DNA from: a virus
Lineage: Duplodnaviria; Caudoviricetes
Virus record (IMG/VR): IMGVR_UViG_3300020045_010931
Location: 1 to 52,423 of that record
DNA: 52,423 bases
Reading direction: 5' to 3' (one strand)
Below are positions 8,959 through 17,567 of this stretch, in pieces; the first letter of the stretch is position 1; every line of letters starts with the position of its first letter. Made by a program: the position numbers and the translations under genes. The notes under the pieces are model-generated. The model had not been told where the DNA came from and did not search any database. It saw only the letters and a program-made list of their open reading frames with translations.

Positions 8959-10131
8959 CTATATCGTTATAGTATTTACAAAAGTGGGGCTTTCAACATA
9001 CCCAGGCGCGACCGCGCTAACCCAGTAGTAATACGTCCCAGCCGCCAGGCCGTTGTCGTGGTAATTTAGAAACGTATTGTAGTACCCGCCGTAATAATGA
9101 GGGTAACCCAAATAAACCTCCTGGGCCGCGTCTTTATCATTGGTCTGGCTACGTAAAACCCTATACATAGCCGCGCCAGGCACCGGGTCAAAGATTATTT
9201 TATTGCCGTTCTGTATGGACGTTACCGGCGCGGCCAGCCTTTTAAGCGACAACTTAACTGCTTTGGCCAGGTCCGCGGCCTCCCTGGTATAACCATTGTC
9301 CGAAAAATGCAATTTATCAGCGTTGTAAATGGCCAGGTTTAACGGGTCGGCATAGTCTGGGTTATCCTCCCTATCGTAAAACTCCGCTCCACATTCCGCC
9401 TCTACGGTATAGCGCAAAATATCAATCAGCGCTAAACGTATGGTCTCCGCGTCTCCTGGAGTAACTGGACCGTATGCCGTGCTGGCCTGTTTTGTTGGCG
9501 TGGCGTAAATGAATTTATAACCGCCGCTATCCCTGGTAAATTTGCGTATGGCAACCTCCAGGGCGTCGGCTATTGTTTGCGCGTCGGCTCCTGGGGCGTG
9601 GATAATATCGTTTATAGCAATTTCAGAAAGGACGATTTTGTTAATTACGCCATTGGTAAATCCAGCCTGTACTCCGTTAAAACTGGCGTCCAGGTCGGCA
9701 ACTGTACGCCCATCCGCTGAAAAATCCGTAAACGTTGCTCCAGGTAATAACGTCGCCAACAAAGCGACCATTTTAAATAGGTTTGGGTTTGTTGAACTGT
9801 ACCCAGCCAGTAAGCTATCCCCGTTTGATGCAATTTGCATGTTACCGTATTGCTCTAAAGGAATTACGCCGCCGCCGCCACCGTCCCCGGTGGCAACTTT
9901 AAAAAAATTGACGTCGATATAATTTGTTAGATCCTCGTAACTGGCAAATGGCACCCCGTCGCCGTCCTGGTATTGGTCGTATTTCATAATACCGTTACTG
10001 GACTGCCTGTTATTACCCGGCTCTACTAACTGCACGCTTTCGGTTTCCGGGTAATAATTCGCGGATACCTGACCCTTTTGGTATGTTCGGCCACCCAGGC
10101 GAACAAAACCACTTCCGTAATTTAATTTCAT
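8959..10131 (-). CDS. SGNH/GDSL hydrolase with N-terminal module and C-terminal FN3-like domain
   Basis: GDSLLAG block I, IND block III, DKLHF catalytic D-x-x-H; Gly linker after the N-domain; GTYYYWVSAV FN3-like end. Confidence 0.75.
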   Translation of the reverse strand: MKLNYGSGFVRLGGRTYQKGQVSANYYPETESVQLVEPGNNRQSSNGIMKYDQYQDGDGVPFASYEDLTNYIDVNFFKVATGDGGGGGVIPLEQYGNMQIASNGDSLLAGYSSTNPNLFKMVALLATLLPGATFTDFSADGRTVADLDASFNGVQAGFTNGVINKIVLSEIAINDIIHAPGADAQTIADALEVAIRKFTRDSGGYKFIYATPTKQASTAYGPVTPGDAETIRLALIDILRYTVEAECGAEFYDREDNPDYADPLNLAIYNADKLHFSDNGYTREAADLAKAVKLSLKRLAAPVTSIQNGNKIIFDPVPGAAMYRVLRSQTNDKDAAQEVYLGYPHYYGGYYNTFLNYHDNGLAAGTYYYWVSAVAPGYVESPTFVNTITI

Positions 10132-10153
10132 ATTGTAAAAGTACATTAAAAAC

Positions 10154-10183
10154 AAAAAGCCCGGCGACCTTTCGGACCGGGCT
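10154..10183 (-). terminator. Intrinsic terminator
   Basis: AGCCCGG/CCGGGCT stem followed by a U-tract. Confidence 0.75.
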
Positions 10184-10239
10184 AAATTAGCTACAACTTT
10201 GGCCTGTTTTTTATGTACAACTTTTGGCCGAAAATTATT

Positions 10240-10428
10240 TTAATGAGACCAGGGACAACCGCAACGCATACAATGAGCGATACCTGGGCCTATGCCCATC
10301 GTTGAGGTTAACGTTGGTATGGTACACCGGCACCACAACGGCCCCCTGGTCTCCTCCTGCTCTGGTTTGCGATAACCGTAAAGCGGGGATTTGCTGTATT
10401 TCTGTTTTTCGGTCTGCTCTTTAGCCAT
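10240..10428 (-). CDS. Small Zn-finger-like protein
   Basis: CRC...CMRC; likely start MAKEQ. Confidence 0.55.
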   Translation of the reverse strand: MAKEQTEKQKYSKSPLYGYRKPEQEETRGPLWCRCTIPTLTSTMGIGPGIAHCMRCGCPWSH

Positions 10429-10699
10429 GTTTGTAATCCTCCAGGTCCATCTCGTCCGGATTGTCAAAGTTGATTATAACTATAGGCTCTGGGGCAAAAC
10501 GGGTAATTTCGGTATGGGCCTCTATTGCATCCGCGTCCATATTAACGTTACCAGCCTCGACAAATATGTGGGTATATTGCCCGTCCACGCTTTCGTCCCC
10601 ACCCTTTAGCGATTTTCTGAAATCAAGTAATACAACGGTTGCGTCGTCTGGGACGTCAACCATTGCCTCCAGGTCGTTTATAAGTTCGCGCTTTGTCAT
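10421..10699 (-). CDS. Hypothetical protein
   Basis: MTKRELINDLE start typical of phage small genes; translationally coupled. Confidence 0.65.
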   Translation of the reverse strand: MTKRELINDLEAMVDVPDDATVVLLDFRKSLKGGDESVDGQYTHIFVEAGNVNMDADAIEAHTEITRFAPEPIVIINFDNPDEMDLEDYKHG

Positions 10700-10908
10700 T
10701 ACTTAACGACCTCCTTACGTTCGATAGTCAGCACATCGTCGTTAAACGGCGCGTCCTGGCGGCTTAAATAGTTGCTTAACGTGTTGTATGAGTATTGCGG
10801 GTTTGCGTTGGTGAACGATTTTAGGTTATGATACGGGACCGCCTCCCCGGTTGCTTTAGTTGTTACCATAACAATAAAGCGGCGTTTCTTTTGTTTAGTC
10901 GTTGTCAT
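10699..10908 (-). CDS. Small putative DNA-binding protein
   Basis: Basic N-terminus; YSYNTLSNYLSR recognition-helix-like segment; has its own promoter. Confidence 0.55.
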   Translation of the reverse strand: MTTTKQKKRRFIVMVTTKATGEAVPYHNLKSFTNANPQYSYNTLSNYLSRQDAPFNDDVLTIERKEVVK

Positions 10909-10912
10909 TTGA

Positions 10913-10941
10913 CAAATATATAGTTATTTCTTTGTTACAAA
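10913..10941 (-). promoter_or_regulatory. Bacteroidota promoter, near-leaderless
   Basis: TTTG at 10938-10941, TATATTTG at 10913-10920, 4 nt before the ATG; overlaps a TTGTCA-TT-TGACAA palindrome. Confidence 0.65.
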
Positions 10942-11154
10942 ATCTTTTAGGCCGGCCTTTAGCTTATCAACCGTGGTGGCCACCGCGTCCCGCTCCAGCT
11001 GTTCGTCTACCTGGTGCATTAAGTGCATGCACTCGTTAACCGGCAAAGCCAGTAATTGCTCGTAAACCTTTGGGCTGGGCTTATCGTTCATGGTTAATTT
11101 TTGCTGGTGCAATCTTATTGCCTCCAGGCGGTCCAGAAAATCGTTTAGTATCAT
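10924..11154 (-). CDS. Hypothetical protein
   Basis: ORF with TAATG coupling. Confidence 0.6.
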   Translation of the reverse strand: MILNDFLDRLEAIRLHQQKLTMNDKPSPKVYEQLLALPVNECMHLMHQVDEQLERDAVATTVDKLKAGLKDFVTKK

Positions 11155-11405
11155 TAGCTTAAATTATTTAACTTATTTGTCAAAGCGTTTATTTTTCTCT
11201 GAAATCCATCGGCAACCATGTTGCGTATATCCTCCCCATCGGTTCCGATTGCCAGGCCGGAAAGGGTTATATCATTACACAAACCGTTTGTTTTATAAGT
11301 TAGTGTTATGGTCGCTTCGCGTAATAAAACCTGGCCTTTTATATCATTCAGTCTGTCTATTTCGGCCACCATTTTAGCGGCCATTTTTGCGGTTTCGTAA
11401 TTCAT
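11154..11405 (-). CDS. Hypothetical protein
   Basis: ORF in a tightly packed operon. Confidence 0.6.
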   Translation of the reverse strand: MNYETAKMAAKMVAEIDRLNDIKGQVLLREATITLTYKTNGLCNDITLSGLAIGTDGEDIRNMVADGFQRKINALTNKLNNLS

Positions 11406-11663
11406 TTAGTTGCATGGTTTTAATGTAAATATAGTTATGTACTGGGCGCCTTTGTTTGGGCCGGTTGTTTGCGCGAACGTGGCCAGGTCCTTAACCACCT
11501 GGTAATCCTCCCCGATTTTGTCGATACGACCCTGGTAAGCGATTTTGTAATTAGGGTTGTCAACCTCAAACGTTAACATTTCCAAATTACCGGCTTGCAT
11601 AGGGTCAACTGCCAACATGAAAAATATAAACGTGCTGGCTCCTTTTGTTACTGTGGTCCTCAT
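11406..11663 (-). CDS. Hypothetical protein
   Basis: Likely start MRTTV via TAATG overlap. Confidence 0.6.
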   Translation of the reverse strand: MRTTVTKGASTFIFFMLAVDPMQAGNLEMLTFEVDNPNYKIAYQGRIDKIGEDYQVVKDLATFAQTTGPNKGAQYITIFTLKPCN

Positions 11664-11866
11664 TACTCTACAACCTTTCTGATTAATAAGTGATTGCACG
11701 CCAGCGGGGCAATGCTTAACTGGCTACCGCCTTTCTCCCCGCTTAGCTGTAATTCAATATCCGGTGCGTACGTATCCGGTAAAACGAATTTAACGACGTC
11801 GCCGTTAGGGTACTCAACGCGTACCCACTTTTTGCCCTCTGGGCGGTCTAATACTTGAATGTCCAT
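11663..11866 (-). CDS. Hypothetical protein
   Basis: First gene after the promoter at 11889. Confidence 0.6.
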   Translation of the reverse strand: MDIQVLDRPEGKKWVRVEYPNGDVVKFVLPDTYAPDIELQLSGEKGGSQLSIAPLACNHLLIRKVVE

Positions 11867-11888
11867 ATATTGGTCCCTTTTGTTTCGA

Positions 11889-11921
11889 CAAATATAACGT
11901 CATTTATTTGTTATATCCAAA
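11889..11921 (-). promoter_or_regulatory. Bacteroidota consensus promoter (cassette type)
   Basis: TTTG-N21-TATATTTG. Confidence 0.75.
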
Positions 11922-11931
11922 TTATAAAACA

Positions 11932-11960
11932 AAAAAGCCGCAACATATTTGTCACGGCTT
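11932..11960 (-). terminator. Intrinsic terminator
   Basis: AAGCCG/CGGCTT stem followed by a U-tract. Confidence 0.65.
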
Positions 11961-11981
11961 TAAAATACTGATCACTTGATT

Positions 11982-12311
11982 TTAGAACAGCGCAATTACG
12001 TGCGCGACCCTGTAGGCCCTCCAGCCTTTTTGCTCCAGGTCGTAATACGTTTGTACGCTGGGGTTATCTGGGCGGGCGGCAACCTCTTTGGCTCCTGGGT
12101 CTCTCGGTGGCGCCGGTGGGATATAATCCTGGTTGAGCGTGCCAAACGCCACCCTGGTCTCCCCTTTGGTGTTTTCAAATGCAAAGTGACAAATACCGGC
12201 CTTTAGGCTGGCCTTAATGGCTGGCTCCAGTTCGGGAGCGGTTAGCACGTCCTTAACCTCAATTACCTGGTCGTTAGTGGCTACTTTAAAAATTACTTTT
12301 TTGGTTTTCAT
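11982..12311 (-). CDS. WYL_2/SH3 beta-barrel (DUF2693-like) protein
   Basis: FENTKGETRVAFGTL and YYDLEQKGWRAYR motifs. Confidence 0.75.
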   Translation of the reverse strand: MKTKKVIFKVATNDQVIEVKDVLTAPELEPAIKASLKAGICHFAFENTKGETRVAFGTLNQDYIPPAPPRDPGAKEVAARPDNPSVQTYYDLEQKGWRAYRVAHVIALF

Positions 12312-12376
12312 GTTGTATGGTTTTACGTTATAGATACATTGTTGCCCTGGCTTATACTTGTAATCCACGGCTTTAG

Positions 12377-12847
12377 TTAATTTACATCGGTTTGATTGCG
12401 GCCCAGGCTACGCATAACGCGGCGGTACCTCTTTGCGTCGGCTCCATATAACGAGGGACTGGCCGGGCGTATGGCTTTGGAAAACATTTTTACCGCCTCC
12501 GTTGCCGCCCTGGTTATAGTATCAACGATTTGCACGGCTCTGTTTACTTTGCCAATGGCGGTACGCGTGGCCTCGTTAAACTCCTTAACGGTAAGCGCCT
12601 CAATTACCATATCCATTGCGTCGGTAAAATGCGTATGGACAACCAGCCCGTCCCCTTTAATGGCCTCCGCTATTTTGGACTTTACTACCTTGTAAGGTGT
12701 GCCGGCCTCTATGGCGTTTTTTATGGCCGCCTCCATTTCCAGCGTTTTGCCGGTTACGCGGGCGCCCGTACTTATGACTGTACGGTTAGTTAAGAGCATA
12801 GGCAACGGACCTGGCCCGGCGCCTACAATGGCTATCTTTTTTATCAC
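12377..12847 (-). CDS. Hypothetical protein
   Basis: 156 aa ORF in the operon. Confidence 0.55.
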   Translation of the reverse strand: MIKKIAIVGAGPGPLPMLLTNRTVISTGARVTGKTLEMEAAIKNAIEAGTPYKVVKSKIAEAIKGDGLVVHTHFTDAMDMVIEALTVKEFNEATRTAIGKVNRAVQIVDTITRAATEAVKMFSKAIRPASPSLYGADAKRYRRVMRSLGRNQTDVN

Positions 12848-13044
12848 TTGTATAGTGCTTTGAAGTTGTTAAACTCGGTTTCGGTTATCTCCTGGTAACT
12901 GGCCAGCTTTATTACGTACCCTTTGCCGCTGGCCTCGCTTATGCTTTTTACGTAATGAAAGGGGTGTATATCAGTAACCCGGTGGTCTGGTTTAAATGGC
13001 TGGCCGTTGGCCGAAAACCAAATACTTAAAAAGTAAAATTTCAT
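12844..13044 (-). CDS. Hypothetical protein
   Basis: Likely start MKFYF via TAATG overlap. Confidence 0.6.
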   Translation of the reverse strand: MKFYFLSIWFSANGQPFKPDHRVTDIHPFHYVKSISEASGKGYVIKLASYQEITETEFNNFKALYK

Positions 13045-14054
13045 TATTCGTAACGGTTTATATAGTTCTCTGTATTGGCGTCCACGCAATCAGCGCAAAG
13101 GTAAAGCCCTTTATTGCCGCTTACGTCTTTGACAGCCGGTTTTAAAACCCCAGCCTTAAAACAGGTTTGGCACGCTAACAACGGCCCTGGACCTCCAGAT
13201 ATTAACCCGTTAACAACTCTATACTCAATAGGCATATAACCCCATGTTGTGGTATCCTGACCTATTTCTGACGGCCTTTTTAAATCAGCTGTGCGGGCTT
13301 GTACCCAACTATCTAAAAAACGCGCCCGGCCCGCCGTTCCTGGTCCCGTAACCCTTTCGGCCTCATACGCGTTACTTTTTGCCCGGCATTCGTAACCCTT
13401 AACTGGTTGCCCTCCGTTAGACGCCTCCGCGTAATCCAGGCAATTGCAATCTGGTTTTGTGCATGTATCCGGACGCGGGTATTTGTCTACGTTAACGGTA
13501 TTTGTCTTTAGCCCCTTTAGGAAACTATCAACTACATCGGTGGCGTGGTCCTGGTTTTGGGCAATTGCTTTATAAACGTCTAACTGATAACTATAATCAG
13601 CTTCGTTGTTAGGCATTTTAAAATCCGTTGGCATATCAACGTTAACCCCTGGGTAAATTTCTTTTAGGTATTGCTCCAGGTCGCGGCCGGCTTTCTCCGC
13701 TGGGCTTTCAAGTGGTAAATGTGATAACCTGGGGCCGCGTTTAGTAACAACAAACTCCCCGCCCTCAACCTCCATAATTCCGCCAGCTGGGTAAACGCCA
13801 CTAACTTTAAACTCTGGCCTATAACGGACCTGGGCGTGGGCGTGATTAAGTAGTTCGGCATAACCTGGGTGGTCCTTTGCGTCGCTCATTTCCATAAGTC
13901 CGACCAATGTAAGCCCGCGCAACTGGTGTAAGTACTGAATTTTAACCAGTTCAACCCCGGCCCAGGTGGGCGTCGGGGCCAGCATGTTTTTAAGGTCTGC
14001 AAAACCCTCCTCGTTTTTTGGGTTACATATAACCCCGATAACTTTTTTATCCAT
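13044..14054 (-). CDS. Mosaic hypothetical protein with Cys clusters
   Basis: CTKPDCNC and CQTC...CADC; likely start MDKKV after the promoter. Confidence 0.65.
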   Translation of the reverse strand: MDKKVIGVICNPKNEEGFADLKNMLAPTPTWAGVELVKIQYLHQLRGLTLVGLMEMSDAKDHPGYAELLNHAHAQVRYRPEFKVSGVYPAGGIMEVEGGEFVVTKRGPRLSHLPLESPAEKAGRDLEQYLKEIYPGVNVDMPTDFKMPNNEADYSYQLDVYKAIAQNQDHATDVVDSFLKGLKTNTVNVDKYPRPDTCTKPDCNCLDYAEASNGGQPVKGYECRAKSNAYEAERVTGPGTAGRARFLDSWVQARTADLKRPSEIGQDTTTWGYMPIEYRVVNGLISGGPGPLLACQTCFKAGVLKPAVKDVSGNKGLYLCADCVDANTENYINRYE

Positions 14055-14075
14055 TGCTTTTATTGTTTGACCTGA

Positions 14076-14115
14076 CAAATATATACGTGTTTTTTTGTTT
14101 CACCAAATTTGGTGA
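14076..14115 (-). promoter_or_regulatory. Consensus promoter with a 16-bp palindrome over the -33 box
   Basis: TTTG-N20-TATATTTG; perfect palindrome TCACCAAATTTGGTGA at 14100-14115. Confidence 0.75.
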
Positions 14116-14130
14116 CAATAAAAGTTAACT

Positions 14131-14436
14131 TTATTTGTTTAACCCCAGCTTAACGCTATCCCTGGCGCCTATTGTCTGCAATGCGTTTTGTACAATGTAC
14201 CTGGGGATTTTACCAGGCGCGATATAGCGCCCTTTGTACTTTACGCGGCTCCCCTTTCTGCTAAGGGTATCCTGGAGCAATATGTACCCGGTGCCGCCCA
14301 GCGATACCACTTTAACAATACTGGGTACTGGAAATTTGTAACCTGGGTAACGCTTCGCCGGCTCCTGGGCAAAACATTTAGTACCTATCAAAATGATAGC
14401 GGCCGCGGCCAGTAGTGTAATGATGTTTTTATACAT
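14131..14436 (-). CDS. Exported basic protein
   Basis: Signal-peptide-like N-terminus ending CFA-Q. Confidence 0.6.
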   Translation of the reverse strand: MYKNIITLLAAAAIILIGTKCFAQEPAKRYPGYKFPVPSIVKVVSLGGTGYILLQDTLSRKGSRVKYKGRYIAPGKIPRYIVQNALQTIGARDSVKLGLNK

Positions 14437-14439
14437 GGC

Positions 14440-14718
14440 TTATTTGTATTTGTAGGTTACGGTCCCGGTGGCCACGGTATCAAATACCCGGATATTGTTA
14501 CGGTCCCAAACCTGGATTAATGATTTACTGTTTACGGTTACCGTTACCGCCGTACCGGTGGTATAGTTAACCTTTAACGTGCTGGTCTCAACGTCGTTGA
14601 TTATGGTTTTGCAACCGATACACGTTGAGGTAACGAAACCCGGCGCGGTAACATCGGCCGGGATAACGCACGACGATAACAAAGCCATCGCCAGGGCTGG
14701 TAATAATAACTTTCTCAT
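14440..14718 (-). CDS. Lipoprotein
   Basis: MRKLLLPALAMALLSS-C lipobox. Confidence 0.75.
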   Translation of the reverse strand: MRKLLLPALAMALLSSCVIPADVTAPGFVTSTCIGCKTIINDVETSTLKVNYTTGTAVTVTVNSKSLIQVWDRNNIRVFDTVATGTVTYKYK

Positions 14719-14889
14719 TTATCCGAAAATTTGTTTGTACTGCTCTTTACTGCACTCAACACACACAACATTAACGCTGGCGTTGTCCTGGGCAATTTTG
14801 CTGATTAAACCGACCTCGCTTAACATTAGCGGGTTATCAATCGTTTTACCCTCATGGGTGGTAATGGTAACTTTTAGGTACTTTTTCAT
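14719..14889 (-). CDS. Small hypothetical protein (56 aa, not in the ORF track)
   Basis: MKKYLKVTITTHEG...KQIFG*; fills the gap and abuts the next ATG. Confidence 0.6.
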   Translation of the reverse strand: MKKYLKVTITTHEGKTIDNPLMLSEVGLISKIAQDNASVNVVCVECSKEQYKQIFG

Positions 14890-14892
14890 GAT

Positions 14893-15093
14893 CTATAATT
14901 TGAAACGTTTTTTAATGTACTTAACTCCAGAGTTGAATTTTTTATAAATAACCTGTTCGCTATGGCCCAGGGTATTCTTTATATCAAACCAATATTCGCC
15001 ACCGGTTAAAAAGGTGGATACCTCGGTACCGTCTAACAGGGTTACGGTATTGTAATCTCCTGCACTCTCTGGCTTTTTCAATTCTAAATCCAT
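14893..15093 (-). CDS. Hypothetical protein
   Basis: Likely start MDLELK after the promoter. Confidence 0.6.
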   Translation of the reverse strand: MDLELKKPESAGDYNTVTLLDGTEVSTFLTGGEYWFDIKNTLGHSEQVIYKKFNSGVKYIKKRFKL

Positions 15094-15114
15094 TGCTTTA
15101 TGTTTTTGTTGAGA

Positions 15115-15145
15115 CAAATATAAGCACGTTTTTTTGTCTTGCAAA
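15115..15145 (-). promoter_or_regulatory. Bacteroidota consensus promoter (cassette type)
   Basis: TTTG-N19-TATATTTG. Confidence 0.75.
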
Positions 15146-15184
15146 TTTATTTAACAAATAATTGCACTTTTATTTGTCACCAAC

Positions 15185-15213
15185 AAAAAAGCCCAGAGCG
15201 TTAGGCCCTGGGC
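15185..15213 (-). terminator. Intrinsic terminator ending the terminase operon
   Basis: AGCCCAG/CTGGGCT stem followed by a U-tract. Confidence 0.75.
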
Positions 15214-15219
15214 TGGTGG

Positions 15220-15501
15220 TTAGTTATTGCGCCAGACGTTGGCGCCGCTCTTTATTCGCTTTAGTTCGGGATAGGATATTAACAGGGTCCACTCGTCCCC
15301 GGTTTTGGTCCTGGCCCTGGTGACTGGATAACCTTTAAATCTGGTCCGCGACGGCCAAAACGCCTCCAGGCTATCCAAATCTAATGTAACCGGCAAAGCC
15401 TCGTTATACTCCGTTAGGTCCTCGGTGGCAATACCCTGGTCTGCCATTTCGTTACCCAGGTCGTTTAAAAACAGCGCTTTAAATTCAAACAGCTTATTCA
15501 T
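15220..15501 (-). CDS. Hypothetical protein
   Basis: 93 aa ORF. Confidence 0.6.
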   Translation of the reverse strand: MNKLFEFKALFLNDLGNEMADQGIATEDLTEYNEALPVTLDLDSLEAFWPSRTRFKGYPVTRARTKTGDEWTLLISYPELKRIKSGANVWRNN

Positions 15502-15524
15502 TTTCTTATGTAACCGTAATGTAA

Positions 15525-15914
15525 CTACTTACCCCCGTTGCCCAGCCTGACGTTGCGTTCGGCCGCCATCAAAAACTCTATATCCCCATAGGCATTAAGG
15601 CGCCTAACAACGTCCTGGAGCCATACCACGGCGTAATCGTCCGCCTCTGGACCATGCGATGGTATAAAACAGGCCGTCGTTGTTAGTAGCGGCTCACAAT
15701 AATGGTCCTTTACAATTAATGCCGGCCTGTTTTCTACAATGCCAAACTCATAAGTAAAACGCCCATGCCTGTTAAGCTGGGGCAATCCTTTTATAAATGT
15801 AGCCTCCTCAACGCTTAACTCCAGGGTTTCCGGCGTTAGCTTTCTGGCTGGGCTATGGCTACGCAAAAACCGGCCTATCCTGGCCAGTAGATTGATTTTC
15901 TTTTGTTTGTCCAT
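15525..15914 (-). CDS. Hypothetical protein
   Basis: Coupled to the terL stop (TAATG). Confidence 0.6.
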   Translation of the reverse strand: MDKQKKINLLARIGRFLRSHSPARKLTPETLELSVEEATFIKGLPQLNRHGRFTYEFGIVENRPALIVKDHYCEPLLTTTACFIPSHGPEADDYAVVWLQDVVRRLNAYGDIEFLMAAERNVRLGNGGK

Positions 15915-17515
15915 TATTGAAAGTTCTTTATATAGTCAACACAAATATTTGCCACCTCATACTCCATAGCGTCGCCGGTGTGGCCCATTGCCTCGTATTT
16001 CTCCCCGGTCTCCTCGTCTTTAACCTTTGTCTTTAGTTTGCCGGCCGCGCCCAGCTTTACCTGCTCCAGGTCCTTTATGAGGGTGGTACAACTGGGGTCA
16101 ATTATTATTTCGACGCCTGGGATATTGCCGGCAAATATGGCGTTTAGTAGATCGCGGCGTTGCCCAGGTGCAATGTTAGGCACGTTAACGCGTCGGCTAT
16201 CGTTATGGAAATATTGCCATAGCATCTCCTCAATGGCTCCGTAATCGGTGTAACTCCCCAGGCCAGGTTTACGGGCGGCGCCGGTGGCGTCCCCATAATA
16301 GTAAGCCTCGGTACCCACCGGCGTCTCCTCTTTAAATTTCTCGCAAATGGCGGCCGTGGTGTTAAGTGGGCTGGCCAGGCAATACTCCCGGTAAAACCGT
16401 ATCTGCATCACATCTATAAAGGTCCAGCCAATTTGCGGCTGGTCGGCCTTTTGCTTACCGTCCGGGTGCAAATACCTCCCTACGTACTCAATCTGGGATA
16501 GTAGGCACGTCATGTACGGCACAACGTTAAAATCCCAGGTCAGGTGTACAGGTAGGCCACTAACGAAAACGACCGGCCTAACGTGGGTAAGCCGGTTAAA
16601 TGCGTGTATGTACGTACCGCCCACTTTGGCGAACGGATAACCATGTATCAACTTTAGGGTCAGGTCTGGACCAAACAGCGCCGCCCGGTTTTCCAAATAA
16701 CCCCTGGCCAGGTTGTGGGCGTTATGGTAGGCGCTGGATACTATCGCGCAACGCTTTTTATCTTTGTTTTCCTTATAAAAGAAATCGGCCGCGCCCGCGC
16801 TTACCTTATCAAGTATTTCCTGTTGGTACGCCTCCAAATCAAACCACTCGTTTACCCAGGTAACCAGGCCCGACGCCGGGGAGGTATGTATATAGAGCGG
16901 GTTCCATGCCGTTAGGCCCCTGGCGATAACCTCCTCCGTACTAAAACCCTCGTCTTTATTTTCCAGGCCATAGACCAGGGTGCCGTCCCGCTCATACCAT
17001 AAACCCGGCTGGCGCAAACGGCCTTTAATAACCTCCTTTACCGCTTTCTCCTCGGTGTCTTTAGTTTCGTCCAGTTCGGCCCAGCAATACTCTTTACCGT
17101 CCTGGGCCATATAGTTATCCAGGGAGCCGATAAATACCAGGCACCCGCTAAAAAACGAGATAGTGTTTTTATACTTTGGCAACTTAACAAAGCGCTGGAA
17201 ATGGGGCGGCGGGGTTTTATCAATAACGTACGTGCCGTTTGGGTTTTCCTTACTGTACTCCGTAAAGCCGTAAACGGTACGCCACACCTCCAGCACGGCC
17301 TTTAGGGTGGCCGTATTCAGCTGGTCCCAGGTGTTCGCGCCAATAAAGCCACGCAACCGGGGAAACAAACTAATTTTGATACCACTACTTAAACCAATGG
17401 TATGCGATTTGCCGCCACCCTGGCCGGCCATATTTAAAATATCGACCTCCCGGCACGCCAAAAGGGCCTCCTGGGGTTCGCTTAATTCAACCTCAATAGT
17501 CTCTGTATCCTGCAT
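15914..17515 (-). CDS. terL: Terminase large subunit
   Basis: Walker A AGQGGGKS, Walker B WAELDE, RNase H-like TWDFN, YGDATG and HTGDAMEY. Confidence 0.92.
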   Translation of the reverse strand: MQDTETIEVELSEPQEALLACREVDILNMAGQGGGKSHTIGLSSGIKISLFPRLRGFIGANTWDQLNTATLKAVLEVWRTVYGFTEYSKENPNGTYVIDKTPPPHFQRFVKLPKYKNTISFFSGCLVFIGSLDNYMAQDGKEYCWAELDETKDTEEKAVKEVIKGRLRQPGLWYERDGTLVYGLENKDEGFSTEEVIARGLTAWNPLYIHTSPASGLVTWVNEWFDLEAYQQEILDKVSAGAADFFYKENKDKKRCAIVSSAYHNAHNLARGYLENRAALFGPDLTLKLIHGYPFAKVGGTYIHAFNRLTHVRPVVFVSGLPVHLTWDFNVVPYMTCLLSQIEYVGRYLHPDGKQKADQPQIGWTFIDVMQIRFYREYCLASPLNTTAAICEKFKEETPVGTEAYYYGDATGAARKPGLGSYTDYGAIEEMLWQYFHNDSRRVNVPNIAPGQRRDLLNAIFAGNIPGVEIIIDPSCTTLIKDLEQVKLGAAGKLKTKVKDEETGEKYEAMGHTGDAMEYEVANICVDYIKNFQ

Positions 17516-17567
17516 CTAACAAACGCTAACTGTAAATATTTGTCCTGGTGACAACGAAACCCCGCTT

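Noticed and set aside
12377-12847. Rossmann-fold oxidoreductase (KIAIVGAGPG start)
   Set aside because: Only the first strand and loop match; the rest is too short and lacks the downstream motif
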